From Candidatus Cloacimonadota bacterium (GTDB lineage: Bacteria; Cloacimonadota; Cloacimonadia; G963667145): DNA of 64,000 nt. Below, one piece after another: positions 10,002 to 19,424 of the stretch (within the stretch, counting starts at the first letter, position 1; the number at the start of each line of letters is the position of its first letter). The stretch spans positions 1,152,001 through 1,216,000 of the forward strand of contig OY781092.1 in assembly GCA_963676615.1 (NCBI GenBank), in the 5' to 3' direction. The position numbers and the translations under genes are program-made. Under the pieces are notes generated by a model that saw only the letters and a list, made by a program, of their open reading frames with translations, had not been told where the DNA came from and searched no databases.

Positions 10002-10355
10002 AATGAGGGGGCTTGGGGCGGCGGTTTTCCCCAAGACGCCAAGGCGTGCTTACCGCTTCCTGCTCGCCTAGACTGGCGGTGGGACGGCGGTGGCATCTTG
10101 CTTCATCTAAAACAGAGACACGCCAAAACCAACTACAAAAACCAAAAAAGTTACGATAAGTCATAGACTTACAAACAATTACGGAGGTGCTCTCTTCCAC
10201 AGAAATCTCTAAACACCTCTCGAAATCCTCTGTTTTTAGAAGCAAGCGTCCTTTTCTGCTTTTCTTTTCGGACGCCCGAAAAGAAGAAGACCCGTCTGGT
10301 AAGACATCATCTCTAACACCTTTCTAAAAAATCTAGCTAGACAGCAGAAAAATCA

Positions 10356-10991
10356 TCAATTACTTTGGAGCGGCAACCCCAAAGCCTCCGCGTCCTCTTT
10401 CGATATTTTATCCAAATACTTGCCCGCCTCTTTTGGATTTTTCAAATTATCCAAATAATATTCCGCCATCATAAAATCGACATACTTCAGCTCAAAATAA
10501 GACATCTTGGAGTTTTGCAAAAAGTCGTAATCTGCCAAAATCGTCTTTTCAAAATCGTAATCTTCGGCAGGATAATTTACAAACGCCAGCAAACGATAAT
10601 AGCGAATTTGCCAATTATCTGGCTCGGCTTCTGCGGCTTCGTTCAGCAAATTCACTGCTCTTTGCGCTGCAAAAATAACGCTGGGAAACATCCGATACTC
10701 CAAACAGCACGCCTCTACAATGCCCAAAAACGCTCTATAAATCGGCTGGTTATGACTTTTCAAATAATTCGCAAGGAAATCTCGCGCCTGAAAAATCGCC
10801 TCCTCTTTGTCGATGCCCTCCATCGGAATCTCGTCGGTGAACAAATAGTAGCCAAAAACAGCCTGCAAAAATTCTTCCTTTTCTATCTCCGCGTGGCTTA
10901 GCTCCGCCAGCTCTTCAGCTGCGGGAATTTTCCCCTTGGCAAAAACAAACCCACAGCTGAAAGCCAACATCACAATCAGAAATCGCTTCAC
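10356..10991 (-). CDS. Exported hypothetical helical-repeat (TPR-like) protein
   Basis: Signal peptide MKRFLIVMLAFSCGFVFA; AEAEPDNWQIRYYR TPR-like segment; start overlaps the upstream stop. Confidence 0.65.
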   Translation of the reverse strand: MKRFLIVMLAFSCGFVFAKGKIPAAEELAELSHAEIEKEEFLQAVFGYYLFTDEIPMEGIDKEEAIFQARDFLANYLKSHNQPIYRAFLGIVEACCLEYRMFPSVIFAAQRAVNLLNEAAEAEPDNWQIRYYRLLAFVNYPAEDYDFEKTILADYDFLQNSKMSYFELKYVDFMMAEYYLDNLKNPKEAGKYLDKISKEDAEALGLPLQSN

Positions 10992-11290
10992 TTTTTCACC
11001 AAAAATTGTTCCAAATTGTTCACATAATTCAAAAATTCGTCCCTGCCAATTTCCGTCAGGCGATAAACACTCCGAGGTTTTTTATCGACGAACTTTTTCT
11101 CAACCTCAACATACTCGACATCTTCCAGCTTCTTCAGATGAGTGGACAAATTGCCGTCACTGGCGCTAGTAATCTGCTTGAGATAGTTGAAATCCGCCTG
11201 CTCAACAGTCACCAAAGTGGACAAAATCGCAAGGCGAATCGGCGCGTGCACCACCTTATTGATCTGCTGATAACTCGCTTGCGGGCTCAT
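10988..11290 (-). CDS. Winged-helix transcriptional regulator (ArsR/MarR-like, HTH_34 type)
   Basis: HAPIRLAIL, SDGNLSTHLKKLE, YRLTEIG. Confidence 0.9.
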   Translation of the reverse strand: MSPQASYQQINKVVHAPIRLAILSTLVTVEQADFNYLKQITSASDGNLSTHLKKLEDVEYVEVEKKFVDKKPRSVYRLTEIGRDEFLNYVNNLEQFLVKK

Positions 11291-11853
11291 CTGTTTCTCT
11301 TATACAACGCGATTCCCGGCACGACCTGCAACAAAATCAGCAAGCCCGCAAACACGAGCAGCGAATCGAGCGACACCCAAAACGAAAAAATCACAGAAGC
11401 CACTAGCCAACAAAATGCAACTGCCTGGAGCATCTTGTCTTGGTAAGCGCTTGCCGTGATGTGAAATGCGACAAAAAGCATCACGCTGGGAAAAACGGGA
11501 ATTATCCGCACCGAAATATATGGCGAGCAAAATGCGACCACCAGCAGAAACACCAGAGACACCAAAAACGCGATCCACACATTGCCAACGAGCCTGTCCA
11601 AAAAATTCGTCGCCCCAACTTTCCTTCTCTTAGCCACTCCAAAAGAAAAAACCGTTCCCACTGCATAAACCGCAATCCACGCAGCGCCCACGACTCTGAG
11701 GTTTTCCGACAAAAAATAGGTCAAAATGCAGCCGCAAGCAGTCAAAATTCCCCACACAATGTAATGCAAACCGTTGTCAGCAAACCTTTTCTTCGAGTTT
11801 TCGATTGTTGCTTTTATAAACTCGACCTCTTCTCTAACTTTTAGATTTTCCAT
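11287..11853 (-). CDS. Integral membrane hypothetical protein (about 6 TM)
   Basis: Hydrophobic helices; GGAGG RBS before the ATG at 11853; coupled to the regulator. Confidence 0.75.
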   Translation of the reverse strand: MENLKVREEVEFIKATIENSKKRFADNGLHYIVWGILTACGCILTYFLSENLRVVGAAWIAVYAVGTVFSFGVAKRRKVGATNFLDRLVGNVWIAFLVSLVFLLVVAFCSPYISVRIIPVFPSVMLFVAFHITASAYQDKMLQAVAFCWLVASVIFSFWVSLDSLLVFAGLLILLQVVPGIALYKRNR

Positions 11854-11876
11854 AAAATCCTCCTTCGATTTCAATC

Positions 11877-11901
11877 ATACAAAGAACTTTGTATTACAAA
11901 G
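11877..11901. promoter_or_regulatory. Putative operator of the winged-helix regulator
   Basis: Overlapping palindromes ATACAAAG-AA-CTTTGTAT and CTTTGTA-T-TACAAAG just downstream of a - strand TTGACA (11908-11913). Confidence 0.6.
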
Positions 11902-12005
11902 CCAACTTGTCAAGCATTTTTTTCTTTAATAAAAAAATCACAACAAAAAAGTGGTCAAAACCGTTGCAAAATAAGAAAGTGAGCGAAACCAAATTGGAGA
12001 AAAAA

Positions 12006-12491
12006 ATGTGCTGCGACCAAGCGATTTACCACACGAAAATTGGAAAAATCAAGATTGTTTCTCAAGCGGAAGTTTTAAACGCGATCAGATTTGTAAAAAA
12101 TGAAGACGCCGTCGAAAAATGCCAGCGGACAAAGTTTTCGGACTCCGTCTGCAAGCAAATCCAGGAGTTTTTGGCTGGTAAGCGAACAAAATTTGAAATT
12201 GCCTACGAGCTGGAAGGCACGCCGTTTCAAAGGAAGGTGTGGCAAGAGCTATGCAGAATTCCGTATGGGCAGACGCGGAGCTACAAGGAGATTGCTGCGG
12301 CTATCGGCAACGACAGGGCGTATCGTGCCGTCGGAAATGCGAGCAATAAAAATCCGCTGCCCATTGTTGTGCCGTGCCATCGGGTCGTTGGCACAAACGG
12401 TAGCCTCACTGGCTATGCTGGGGGCTTGGCCATCAAAAAACAACTGCTGGCAATTGAAAGTAACACTTTTAATGTAAACTCTACAAGTTAA
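12006..12491 (+). CDS. ogt: Methylated-DNA-protein-cysteine methyltransferase
   Basis: GTPFQRKVW, IPYGQTRSY, PCHRV active site. Confidence 0.95.
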   Translation: MCCDQAIYHTKIGKIKIVSQAEVLNAIRFVKNEDAVEKCQRTKFSDSVCKQIQEFLAGKRTKFEIAYELEGTPFQRKVWQELCRIPYGQTRSYKEIAAAIGNDRAYRAVGNASNKNPLPIVVPCHRVVGTNGSLTGYAGGLAIKKQLLAIESNTFNVNSTS

Positions 12492-12562
12492 AATTTATTC
12501 ACGCTTGACAAAACTCGTAATTTTTCTTTCGTCTTCTGCAAGTTTAAAAAAAGGAGAATAGT

Positions 12563-13018
12563 ATGAAAATATTCAAAAAAGTATCGATTTTCATTACTGC
12601 TATAATATTAATTGGATGTGCTGCCTTGCGGATGCCAGTTCCATCTCAAACTGAATATTTCACATCCAAAGCTGCTGGATTTACATTTGACAAAGAAAAG
12701 AAAGAGGTTAACTATTATTTAGTCCTTGCCCTTAATAAAAAGTTCGAAAATACTGTTTTTGCAGAAATAAAATTTCAAAATCCAGAAGACAGCAACGATT
12801 CTATTGTTTTAAATGAAACAATAGCTCCTACAAGTGAGAAAGTAGCCATATTGTCACCAGCTATTTATGGTTTAAAACCTTATAGAAATTACAAAACAGT
12901 AACCACGATTTATCAGTCTCCTGAAAAGAAAAAAATAATAACATCTCATACTCAATTAGTTCGATCAATGATAAATTTTTCACGGCTACCAAAAGATTGG
13001 CAAAAAAATGAAAAGTAG
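12563..13018 (+). CDS. Hypothetical lipoprotein, AT-rich
   Basis: Lipobox LIGC, AAGGAG RBS, own TTGACA at 12505. Confidence 0.7.
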   Translation: MKIFKKVSIFITAIILIGCAALRMPVPSQTEYFTSKAAGFTFDKEKKEVNYYLVLALNKKFENTVFAEIKFQNPEDSNDSIVLNETIAPTSEKVAILSPAIYGLKPYRNYKTVTTIYQSPEKKKIITSHTQLVRSMINFSRLPKDWQKNEK

Positions 13019-13028
13019 TTGAAAAAAA

Positions 13029-14810
13029 TCAGCTACTTTTATTCCCATTTGCTAACTCTTGACTCACTTTCTCTGCCAGTTTTTCCCCCACTCCCTTCAC
13101 GACCTGAAGCTCCTCCACTGTCGCCTCCTTCACCGCTTGCACAGAGCCGAACTCGCGTAAAAGTTTATACTTCGTCTTCTGCCCAACCACCTCGTCTAGC
13201 TCGCTAGAAAGCGTCCGCATCGAGCGGCGTTTGCGATGATAAGTGATGGCAAATCGGTGCGCTTCGTCCCGCAAATGCACAATCATTTTCAGCGCTAAAG
13301 ATTTTCTGGGAAGCAAAATCGACTCCGACTGCCCCGGCAAAAAGACCTCTTCCAGCCGCTTTGCCAGCGACACAATGGCGATATCCACGCCCATCTCCTG
13401 CAAAACCTCCACCGACGACGAGAGCTGCCCTTTTCCCCCGTCAACCACTATCAAATCTGGGCTCTCATACTCGTCAAGCTTGCCCAAATACCGTCGCAAA
13501 GTCTCCTGCATACTGGCAAAATCGTCCTGCCCCTGCACCTCTTTCATCCTAAAATGCATATAATTTTTCTTCTTCGGCTTACCATTCTCAAAAAAAACCA
13601 GCGATGAAACCGTGTCGCTGCCCTGAATCGTCGAAATATCGATACAAATAATCTTCGTCGGCAACACCGCAAGCCCCAGCGCCTGCTTCAACTCCAGCAC
13701 AGGCGCCGCCGTCCGCACCGCTCTGCGCAAATATTTCAGCCGCTCTTGCTCCACCAAATCAAACGCATTCTGGCGAGCCATCCACAGCAGCTTGCTCAAC
13801 TTCCCCTTTTGCGGCACAAAAAGAGTCAGCTCCTGCCGCAAATCCTCGTCCAATTCCGCCGCCAAATCGGTCTCCACCAAAATCTGCCACGGCAACTGCT
13901 CCAATCTCGGCAAATAATACTGCTTCAAAAAAGCCGCCAGCACCTCCTGCATCGACTTGCCCGCAACATTCTTCAGCGGATAACTCTCCTTGCCAACCAG
14001 CCGACCCTCAACCAGCTTCAGCACCGCAATCGCCCCCGACTTCTCCTCCAAATACCCAGCCACCACATCGCGCCGCTTAGCATCCTCAAAATACACCGTC
14101 TGCCGCTGCCCGAGCTTTTGCAAACTCTCCCACTGCGCCTTATAAATCGCCGCCTTTTTGTAATCCAACTTCGCCGCAGCCGACTCCATTAGCCGTTGCA
14201 ACTCCGCACTAATCTCTCGGCTATGCCCCGACAAAAATTTTTTAACTCGCCAAACCAAACGCCCATACTCGTCCCGCAGCTTCTCATCAGCCTCACACAC
14301 GCCAACACACTTGCCAATCTGAAAATTCAGACACCGCTTTTTTCCCAAAGTGTTACACTTACGCAACGGAAAAATCTCCTCAACCATCTCCCGCACGCGA
14401 TGCATCGCACCAGAATCCGTAAACGGCCCGAAATAATCGCCCCGATCATGCTTCTTCTCGCGCGTCACCACCAGCCTGGCAAACGGCTCGTCCGTCAACT
14501 TCAAAAACGGATACCGCTTATCATCCTTGAGCAAAATATTATATTTCGGTCGATGCTTCTTAATCAAAGTATCTTCCAAAATCAGCGCCTCGTGTGCGCT
14601 GGCGACCATTATGTAATCCAAATCCGCCACATTTTCTACCAGCTTCCGCGTCTTCAAATCCGACTTTTTCCCTGCAAAATAGCTCCGCACACGATTTTTC
14701 AGGCTCGTGGCTTTGCCCACATAAATAATCTTGCCAGCTTTATTTTTCATCAAATACACACCAGCCTGACTCGGCAAAGTCGCCAATTTTTGCTTCAAAA
14801 TGTCGTTCAT
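13029..14810 (-). CDS. uvrC: Excinuclease ABC subunit C
   Basis: GIY-YIG (GVYLM..IYVGKA), DIS, VDGGKGQ, RDEAHRFA, HhH; likely ATG at 14810 overlaps the murJ stop. Confidence 0.96.
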   Translation of the reverse strand: MNDILKQKLATLPSQAGVYLMKNKAGKIIYVGKATSLKNRVRSYFAGKKSDLKTRKLVENVADLDYIMVASAHEALILEDTLIKKHRPKYNILLKDDKRYPFLKLTDEPFARLVVTREKKHDRGDYFGPFTDSGAMHRVREMVEEIFPLRKCNTLGKKRCLNFQIGKCVGVCEADEKLRDEYGRLVWRVKKFLSGHSREISAELQRLMESAAAKLDYKKAAIYKAQWESLQKLGQRQTVYFEDAKRRDVVAGYLEEKSGAIAVLKLVEGRLVGKESYPLKNVAGKSMQEVLAAFLKQYYLPRLEQLPWQILVETDLAAELDEDLRQELTLFVPQKGKLSKLLWMARQNAFDLVEQERLKYLRRAVRTAAPVLELKQALGLAVLPTKIICIDISTIQGSDTVSSLVFFENGKPKKKNYMHFRMKEVQGQDDFASMQETLRRYLGKLDEYESPDLIVVDGGKGQLSSSVEVLQEMGVDIAIVSLAKRLEEVFLPGQSESILLPRKSLALKMIVHLRDEAHRFAITYHRKRRSMRTLSSELDEVVGQKTKYKLLREFGSVQAVKEATVEELQVVKGVGEKLAEKVSQELANGNKSS

Positions 14811-16348
14811 CTGCGCCTGCCCAATCGCTGCAAAACTCGCTTCAACTCCTGCACCTGTGCAGCATAGGCGAGTCCCACAAAAAGCAAAACGCCAAAAACT
14901 CCCAGCAGCAAAAATTTTCCCGCAAGAGCCGCAAAACCCTCTCCAAAAGAGAACCCGCAATTGCAAAAATCGACAAACCACCAAACAACAAGCCCGCAGA
15001 CCAATATTTTGCAAATCTCCACCAGCGGAAACTGCAAAAATTTATACCGAATTTTTATCCAGCAAAACAAAATCGCGCATTGCAGCACCGCCGAGCAAAG
15101 CGACGCCAAAGCCAGCCCTGCCACACCGAAATAGCGCATAAACCAGAGATTAAGCCCGATGTTTGCCAGCAGCGCAACCGCCGAAACCTTCACTGGCGAT
15201 TTTGTATCGCCGTGCGCGTAAAAAACGCTGACCAAAATGTGATTGAAGCAAAAAAAAGTCAGCGCCAACACATAAAAGAAAAACGGCGAATAGGTCATCT
15301 CCACAGCTTTTTGGTCAAAAACTCCGCGCGCGAACAAAATGGTGATATACTCTCTGCCAAGGCTGATCATCAGCGCCGTGACGGGAATCATCAAAAAAGC
15401 GGACAACACCAAAACATACGAAAAAGTTTTTTGCAACTCTTGGCGGTCTTTTTGAGCAACCAATTTCGAAAAAACGGGCAAGCTCGCCGCCCAAATCGGC
15501 ACACCCAACACCCCCAGCGCTAGCTGCATCAGACGATAAGAATAGCTAAGGCTTGAGGCGCTGCCCACTGCCAAAAACGACGCCAAAAACAGGTCAATAT
15601 AAATATTCAGCTGGCGAACGCCAACCCCAAAAAGTCCCGGCAAAAATCTCTGCCAAACTTTGTCCAAATAATCTCTGCTCCACACCAATTTCAGGCGATA
15701 ACCCACTTTTTTCAGGAATGGCAAATTAACCAAAAGCTGCAAAACTCCGCCGAAAACAATTCCCCACGAATAAGCCACCACTTTTTGCTGCGAAGAGCCG
15801 CCAAGCCAAAAAACAAATCCACCGATGACGAAAATCGTCCCCAAATTGAAAAAAGCTGCCGAAAGCGCAGGCCAAAAAAAGTAATCGTGATAGTTCAAAA
15901 TCGCAATAAGCATCGACGCTGTGCCGATTAAAAAAAGATAAGGCATCATAATTTGGGTAAGAGTAATCGTCAAATCCGCAGTCTGCTGGCTCAATCCGGG
16001 CGCGATGATTTTCACCAAAAAAGGCGCAAAAACGATGCCAGCACAAGAAAACACCAGCAAAATAATCGACAAAAGCGTGAGCAGCGACAAGCCAAAACGC
16101 ACCTGCGCCAAGCGACCTTTTTTCTCTTCGACCTCGCCATAGAGCGGGATAAACGCCGCAGCTAGAGCGCCTTCGCCGAACAAAAGCCGCAAAAAATTGG
16201 GAATGCGATAAGCGTAGTTAAAAGCGTCCGCCAAATAGCTAACACCAAAAAAGGCGGTAAAAATGACATCTCGCAGCAACCCCAAAACTCTGGAAATCAT
16301 CACCGCCGAAGACATCGAGCCCACTTTTTTCAAAAATTTCGCTTTCAT
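14807..16348 (-). CDS. murJ: Lipid II flippase MurJ (MviN)
   Basis: SRVLGLLRD, RIPNFLR, EGALAAAFIP; many TM helices. Confidence 0.95.
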   Translation of the reverse strand: MKAKFLKKVGSMSSAVMISRVLGLLRDVIFTAFFGVSYLADAFNYAYRIPNFLRLLFGEGALAAAFIPLYGEVEEKKGRLAQVRFGLSLLTLLSIILLVFSCAGIVFAPFLVKIIAPGLSQQTADLTITLTQIMMPYLFLIGTASMLIAILNYHDYFFWPALSAAFFNLGTIFVIGGFVFWLGGSSQQKVVAYSWGIVFGGVLQLLVNLPFLKKVGYRLKLVWSRDYLDKVWQRFLPGLFGVGVRQLNIYIDLFLASFLAVGSASSLSYSYRLMQLALGVLGVPIWAASLPVFSKLVAQKDRQELQKTFSYVLVLSAFLMIPVTALMISLGREYITILFARGVFDQKAVEMTYSPFFFYVLALTFFCFNHILVSVFYAHGDTKSPVKVSAVALLANIGLNLWFMRYFGVAGLALASLCSAVLQCAILFCWIKIRYKFLQFPLVEICKILVCGLVVWWFVDFCNCGFSFGEGFAALAGKFLLLGVFGVLLFVGLAYAAQVQELKRVLQRLGRRR

Positions 16349-16364
16349 CTTTCCCGCTTAAAGC

Positions 16365-17858
16365 CTAGTAAACCAGCTTTTCGCCCACTGGCAAAACATA
16401 AGTTTTTTTCAGATGGTTCAAATTTATCAGATAGTTCGCCGAAACATTCAGCTTTTTGGCAATCTCCTGCAGGCTATCGCCCTTGCGAACTTTGTAGTAA
16501 TTTTTTTTGCTATAAACATAATCGCCCTTGATGTAGCGCCCGTTTATCGTCAAAATCTGTCCCGGCACAATCCGATTCGATCGCAGCTTATTCTCCTTGC
16601 GAATCACGCTGGTGTAGGTCTTAAATTTCCGAGCAATGCTCACCAAATTGTCGTCTTTCTGCACCCGATAATAGATATTTATCGCATCGTTTTTCTTCGC
16701 CAGCTCCGCCTTCGCTTGCTTCAAAAGTTCAAAATTCACCTTCACATCTTTCGGCACCCAAAACCCGTAATCTCCATACGGCAAAATCACATTATTCACC
16801 TTCGCATAGCGGCTTCGCTGATGCTTGTAAATCTTTATCCAATAATTATTTTTCCAAATCGTGCTGATGTTCGTGCCTTGCGCAATCGCCCACTTATCCA
16901 AATTGTGATACCCCCGCAGCGCAATATTCACCCGCTTGAACTGCCGCTCAATCGGCTCTTCCCGAGGAAGCTCCTGCCCAAAAATCTGCTTCTCGTTCTC
17001 GAAAATAATCTTGATCGCCACAGCTCGCCACACATAGCGATTGGTCTCCTCGGCGCTCATTATCAGCTCCGAAAAAGTTTTGCCGTTCTGCCGCTTGATT
17101 ACCTTGCTGATATTGCCGACGCCAGCGTTGTAGGCGCACATCGCCAAAAGCCAACTATCCACGCCGTATTTCGCCAAAAATTTCTTGTTAAACTTCAGCA
17201 AACGAATCGCCGCTTTGGTCGCTTTAAAAATATCTCGCCGCTCGTCCACAAAATTGTCAATCCGCAGCTTATATTCCCTTGCCGTGGAAGGCATAAACTG
17301 CCAAAGCCCGTCTGCCCCTGCCCACGATCTTGCCATCGGATTCAGGGCGCTCTCCGACACCGCAAGATATTTCAAATCGTCAGGCGCTTTCTCTTGTGCA
17401 AAAATTTTGGCAAAAAGGTCGAAATAAAATCCGCTTCGTGAGATGTAAGTCCTTGCATTTTTCAGCTCCTGCTCAAAAATCTCCTCGAACTTCTCCCGAA
17501 TTTTTGGCGACGACAAATCCACTGGCTCACCCGCAAAAACCACCACTTTCGGAATCTTGAACTCCAACTCTCCCGAAGCAATCTCCAGCTGCCGCCGCAG
17601 CGACTCCTTCTCCAGATACACGCCGTTGAGCTTCTCGATATACTCATCGATCGAAACCGTCAGCTCCTCCACCTCCTGCTGCCGTGCCTGCAAATCTTCC
17701 TCCAATCGCGCAAGAGAATCTTGCAGAGTCTGCAAAAGAAGTTCCTGCCGTTTTGCCAGAGTCAAAGAGCTATCAGCCAAATCCGCCGACGCAGATTTTT
17801 TACAAGAAAAAGCAAAAAAAAGAGCGAGACACAAAAAAAATAGACGCAAAAATTTCAT
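16365..17858 (-). CDS. Lipoprotein lytic transglycosylase (MltD-like) with 2 LysM domains, paralog B
   Basis: Lipobox FSC, coiled coil, AVSES/GLWQFMP/YNAG SLT motifs, two LysM repeats. Confidence 0.9.
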   Translation of the reverse strand: MKFLRLFFLCLALFFAFSCKKSASADLADSSLTLAKRQELLLQTLQDSLARLEEDLQARQQEVEELTVSIDEYIEKLNGVYLEKESLRRQLEIASGELEFKIPKVVVFAGEPVDLSSPKIREKFEEIFEQELKNARTYISRSGFYFDLFAKIFAQEKAPDDLKYLAVSESALNPMARSWAGADGLWQFMPSTAREYKLRIDNFVDERRDIFKATKAAIRLLKFNKKFLAKYGVDSWLLAMCAYNAGVGNISKVIKRQNGKTFSELIMSAEETNRYVWRAVAIKIIFENEKQIFGQELPREEPIERQFKRVNIALRGYHNLDKWAIAQGTNISTIWKNNYWIKIYKHQRSRYAKVNNVILPYGDYGFWVPKDVKVNFELLKQAKAELAKKNDAINIYYRVQKDDNLVSIARKFKTYTSVIRKENKLRSNRIVPGQILTINGRYIKGDYVYSKKNYYKVRKGDSLQEIAKKLNVSANYLINLNHLKKTYVLPVGEKLVY

Positions 17859-17870
17859 TCCCAAAAAAAA

Positions 17871-19397
17871 TTACGAACTTCTGACTTTCAAAAGTTGCCC
17901 CACTTGAATCGTGTTTGAACTCAAATTGTTAAGCGACTTGAGCGTCGAAACATAAGTACGAAACTTTTTGGCGATTTTGGACAAAGAGTCGCCGGCTCGC
18001 ACACGATAATAGTTGCCATTGGTCGCCGCATATTTACGCCCAACTTGTATCTTCAGGCGCTGCCCAATGCGGATCATCGTCCCACGAATATTGTTAATCG
18101 CCTTTATCGCCGCAATTGTCGTCCGATATTTCAGCGCAATCGAGCCCAGATTATCGCCCTTGCGCACCCGATAAGTCACGACCATATCGCCCTTTGTCGC
18201 CAATTTCTTTTCCGCGGCTGCCAAAAGTTCCACATTCGGCGCAGCGTCCTTGTGCAAAAGCACCGTGTATTCCCCCGGCGGCAAAATCACGCTATTCACA
18301 CGAGAATACTTGCTGCGACGCATTTTATACATCTTAATCCAGTGATTATCCAGCCAAATATCGCGAATGTTCGTCCCTTGCGCAATCGCCCACTGGTTCA
18401 GGCTGTGATAGCCGCCAAGCTTGACCTTAGCCATCCTCATCTGCTCCAAAATCGACTTTTGCTTCTCAAACTCCTTGCCAAAAAGTTCCTGCTGATTTTC
18501 AAAAATCAACTTGATGGCAATCGCCCGCCACACATAGCGATTAGTCTCGTCCGCCTTCATAATCAGCTCTTCAAAATCGGTCGAACCCTGCCGTTTGATA
18601 TCTTTGGCGACATTGCCCACACCAGCGTTGTAACTACACATCGCAAGCAGCCAATCCTCGCAACCCAGACGCTGCAAATACGCATAACTGTGCAGCATAT
18701 AGTCCGCCGCCGCGTTGGTCGCTTTGATAATATCCCGCCGCTGATCGACATACGAGTTAATCTCCATCCGATACTGTTTACCCGTCCGCGGCATAAACTG
18801 CCAAACACCGTCCGCTCCAGCCCACGAATGCGCTATCGGATTCAAGCAACTCTCGGCAACCGCCAAATATTTCGTATCCTCTGGCACTTTCTTCTGCCGA
18901 AAAACTTCCTCAAAAAGCGGAAAATAGTAGCCACTTCTGGGAATAAACTTGTGAGCAAACTTCAGCTCGTTATTAAAAATCTTTTGGAACTTATCACGAA
19001 TGCGAGGGCGCGAAATATCAACAACTTTCCCCGCAAAAACCACCGAATCTGGCAGCCGAAACTCCATATTTATCTGAGCGATGCTCGCCGCTACCTCCAG
19101 CTGCTCCAGCACCTTCTCGTTCTTCGCCTCCGCCTGCTCCAGCTGCCGCGAAAGCTCCTGAATCTCGCCATTGAGCATCTGAATCGTCTTGTCCTTCTCC
19201 TGCAGCTGCTGATCTTTGTCCTGCAAAGTCTCCGACACCTCTTTCAGCGGCTCTGGGCTGATGTTATTGCTACTCAGAATGCTCTCAATCTCCCGCACAT
19301 AATCTTCGCTAAACACGCTCTCTTGCTTTTGTGCCGCACAACCAAACAGCAAACCAAAACACAAACTTCCTATCAAAAATCTTCTCAAAAACTCCAT
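17871..19397 (-). CDS. Lipoprotein lytic transglycosylase (MltD-like) with 2 LysM domains, paralog A
   Basis: Lipobox LFGC, coiled coil, AVAES/GVWQFMP/YNAG, two LysM repeats. Confidence 0.9.
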   Translation of the reverse strand: MEFLRRFLIGSLCFGLLFGCAAQKQESVFSEDYVREIESILSSNNISPEPLKEVSETLQDKDQQLQEKDKTIQMLNGEIQELSRQLEQAEAKNEKVLEQLEVAASIAQINMEFRLPDSVVFAGKVVDISRPRIRDKFQKIFNNELKFAHKFIPRSGYYFPLFEEVFRQKKVPEDTKYLAVAESCLNPIAHSWAGADGVWQFMPRTGKQYRMEINSYVDQRRDIIKATNAAADYMLHSYAYLQRLGCEDWLLAMCSYNAGVGNVAKDIKRQGSTDFEELIMKADETNRYVWRAIAIKLIFENQQELFGKEFEKQKSILEQMRMAKVKLGGYHSLNQWAIAQGTNIRDIWLDNHWIKMYKMRRSKYSRVNSVILPPGEYTVLLHKDAAPNVELLAAAEKKLATKGDMVVTYRVRKGDNLGSIALKYRTTIAAIKAINNIRGTMIRIGQRLKIQVGRKYAATNGNYYRVRAGDSLSKIAKKFRTYVSTLKSLNNLSSNTIQVGQLLKVRSS

Positions 19398-19424
19398 CCT
19401 TCTAGAAAAAATCTTCCGCAAAAA

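Noticed and set aside
9537..10245. ORFs 9537-9857 and 9997-10245
   Set aside because: They cross a promoter and palindromic repeats, with no convincing RBS or protein features.
14811..15014. N-terminal extension of UvrC in the ORF track (likewise upp, the dehydrogenase, radical SAM, marR and pdxA)
   Set aside because: These are upstream alternative-start artefacts; downstream starts fit RBSs or ATGA coupling better.
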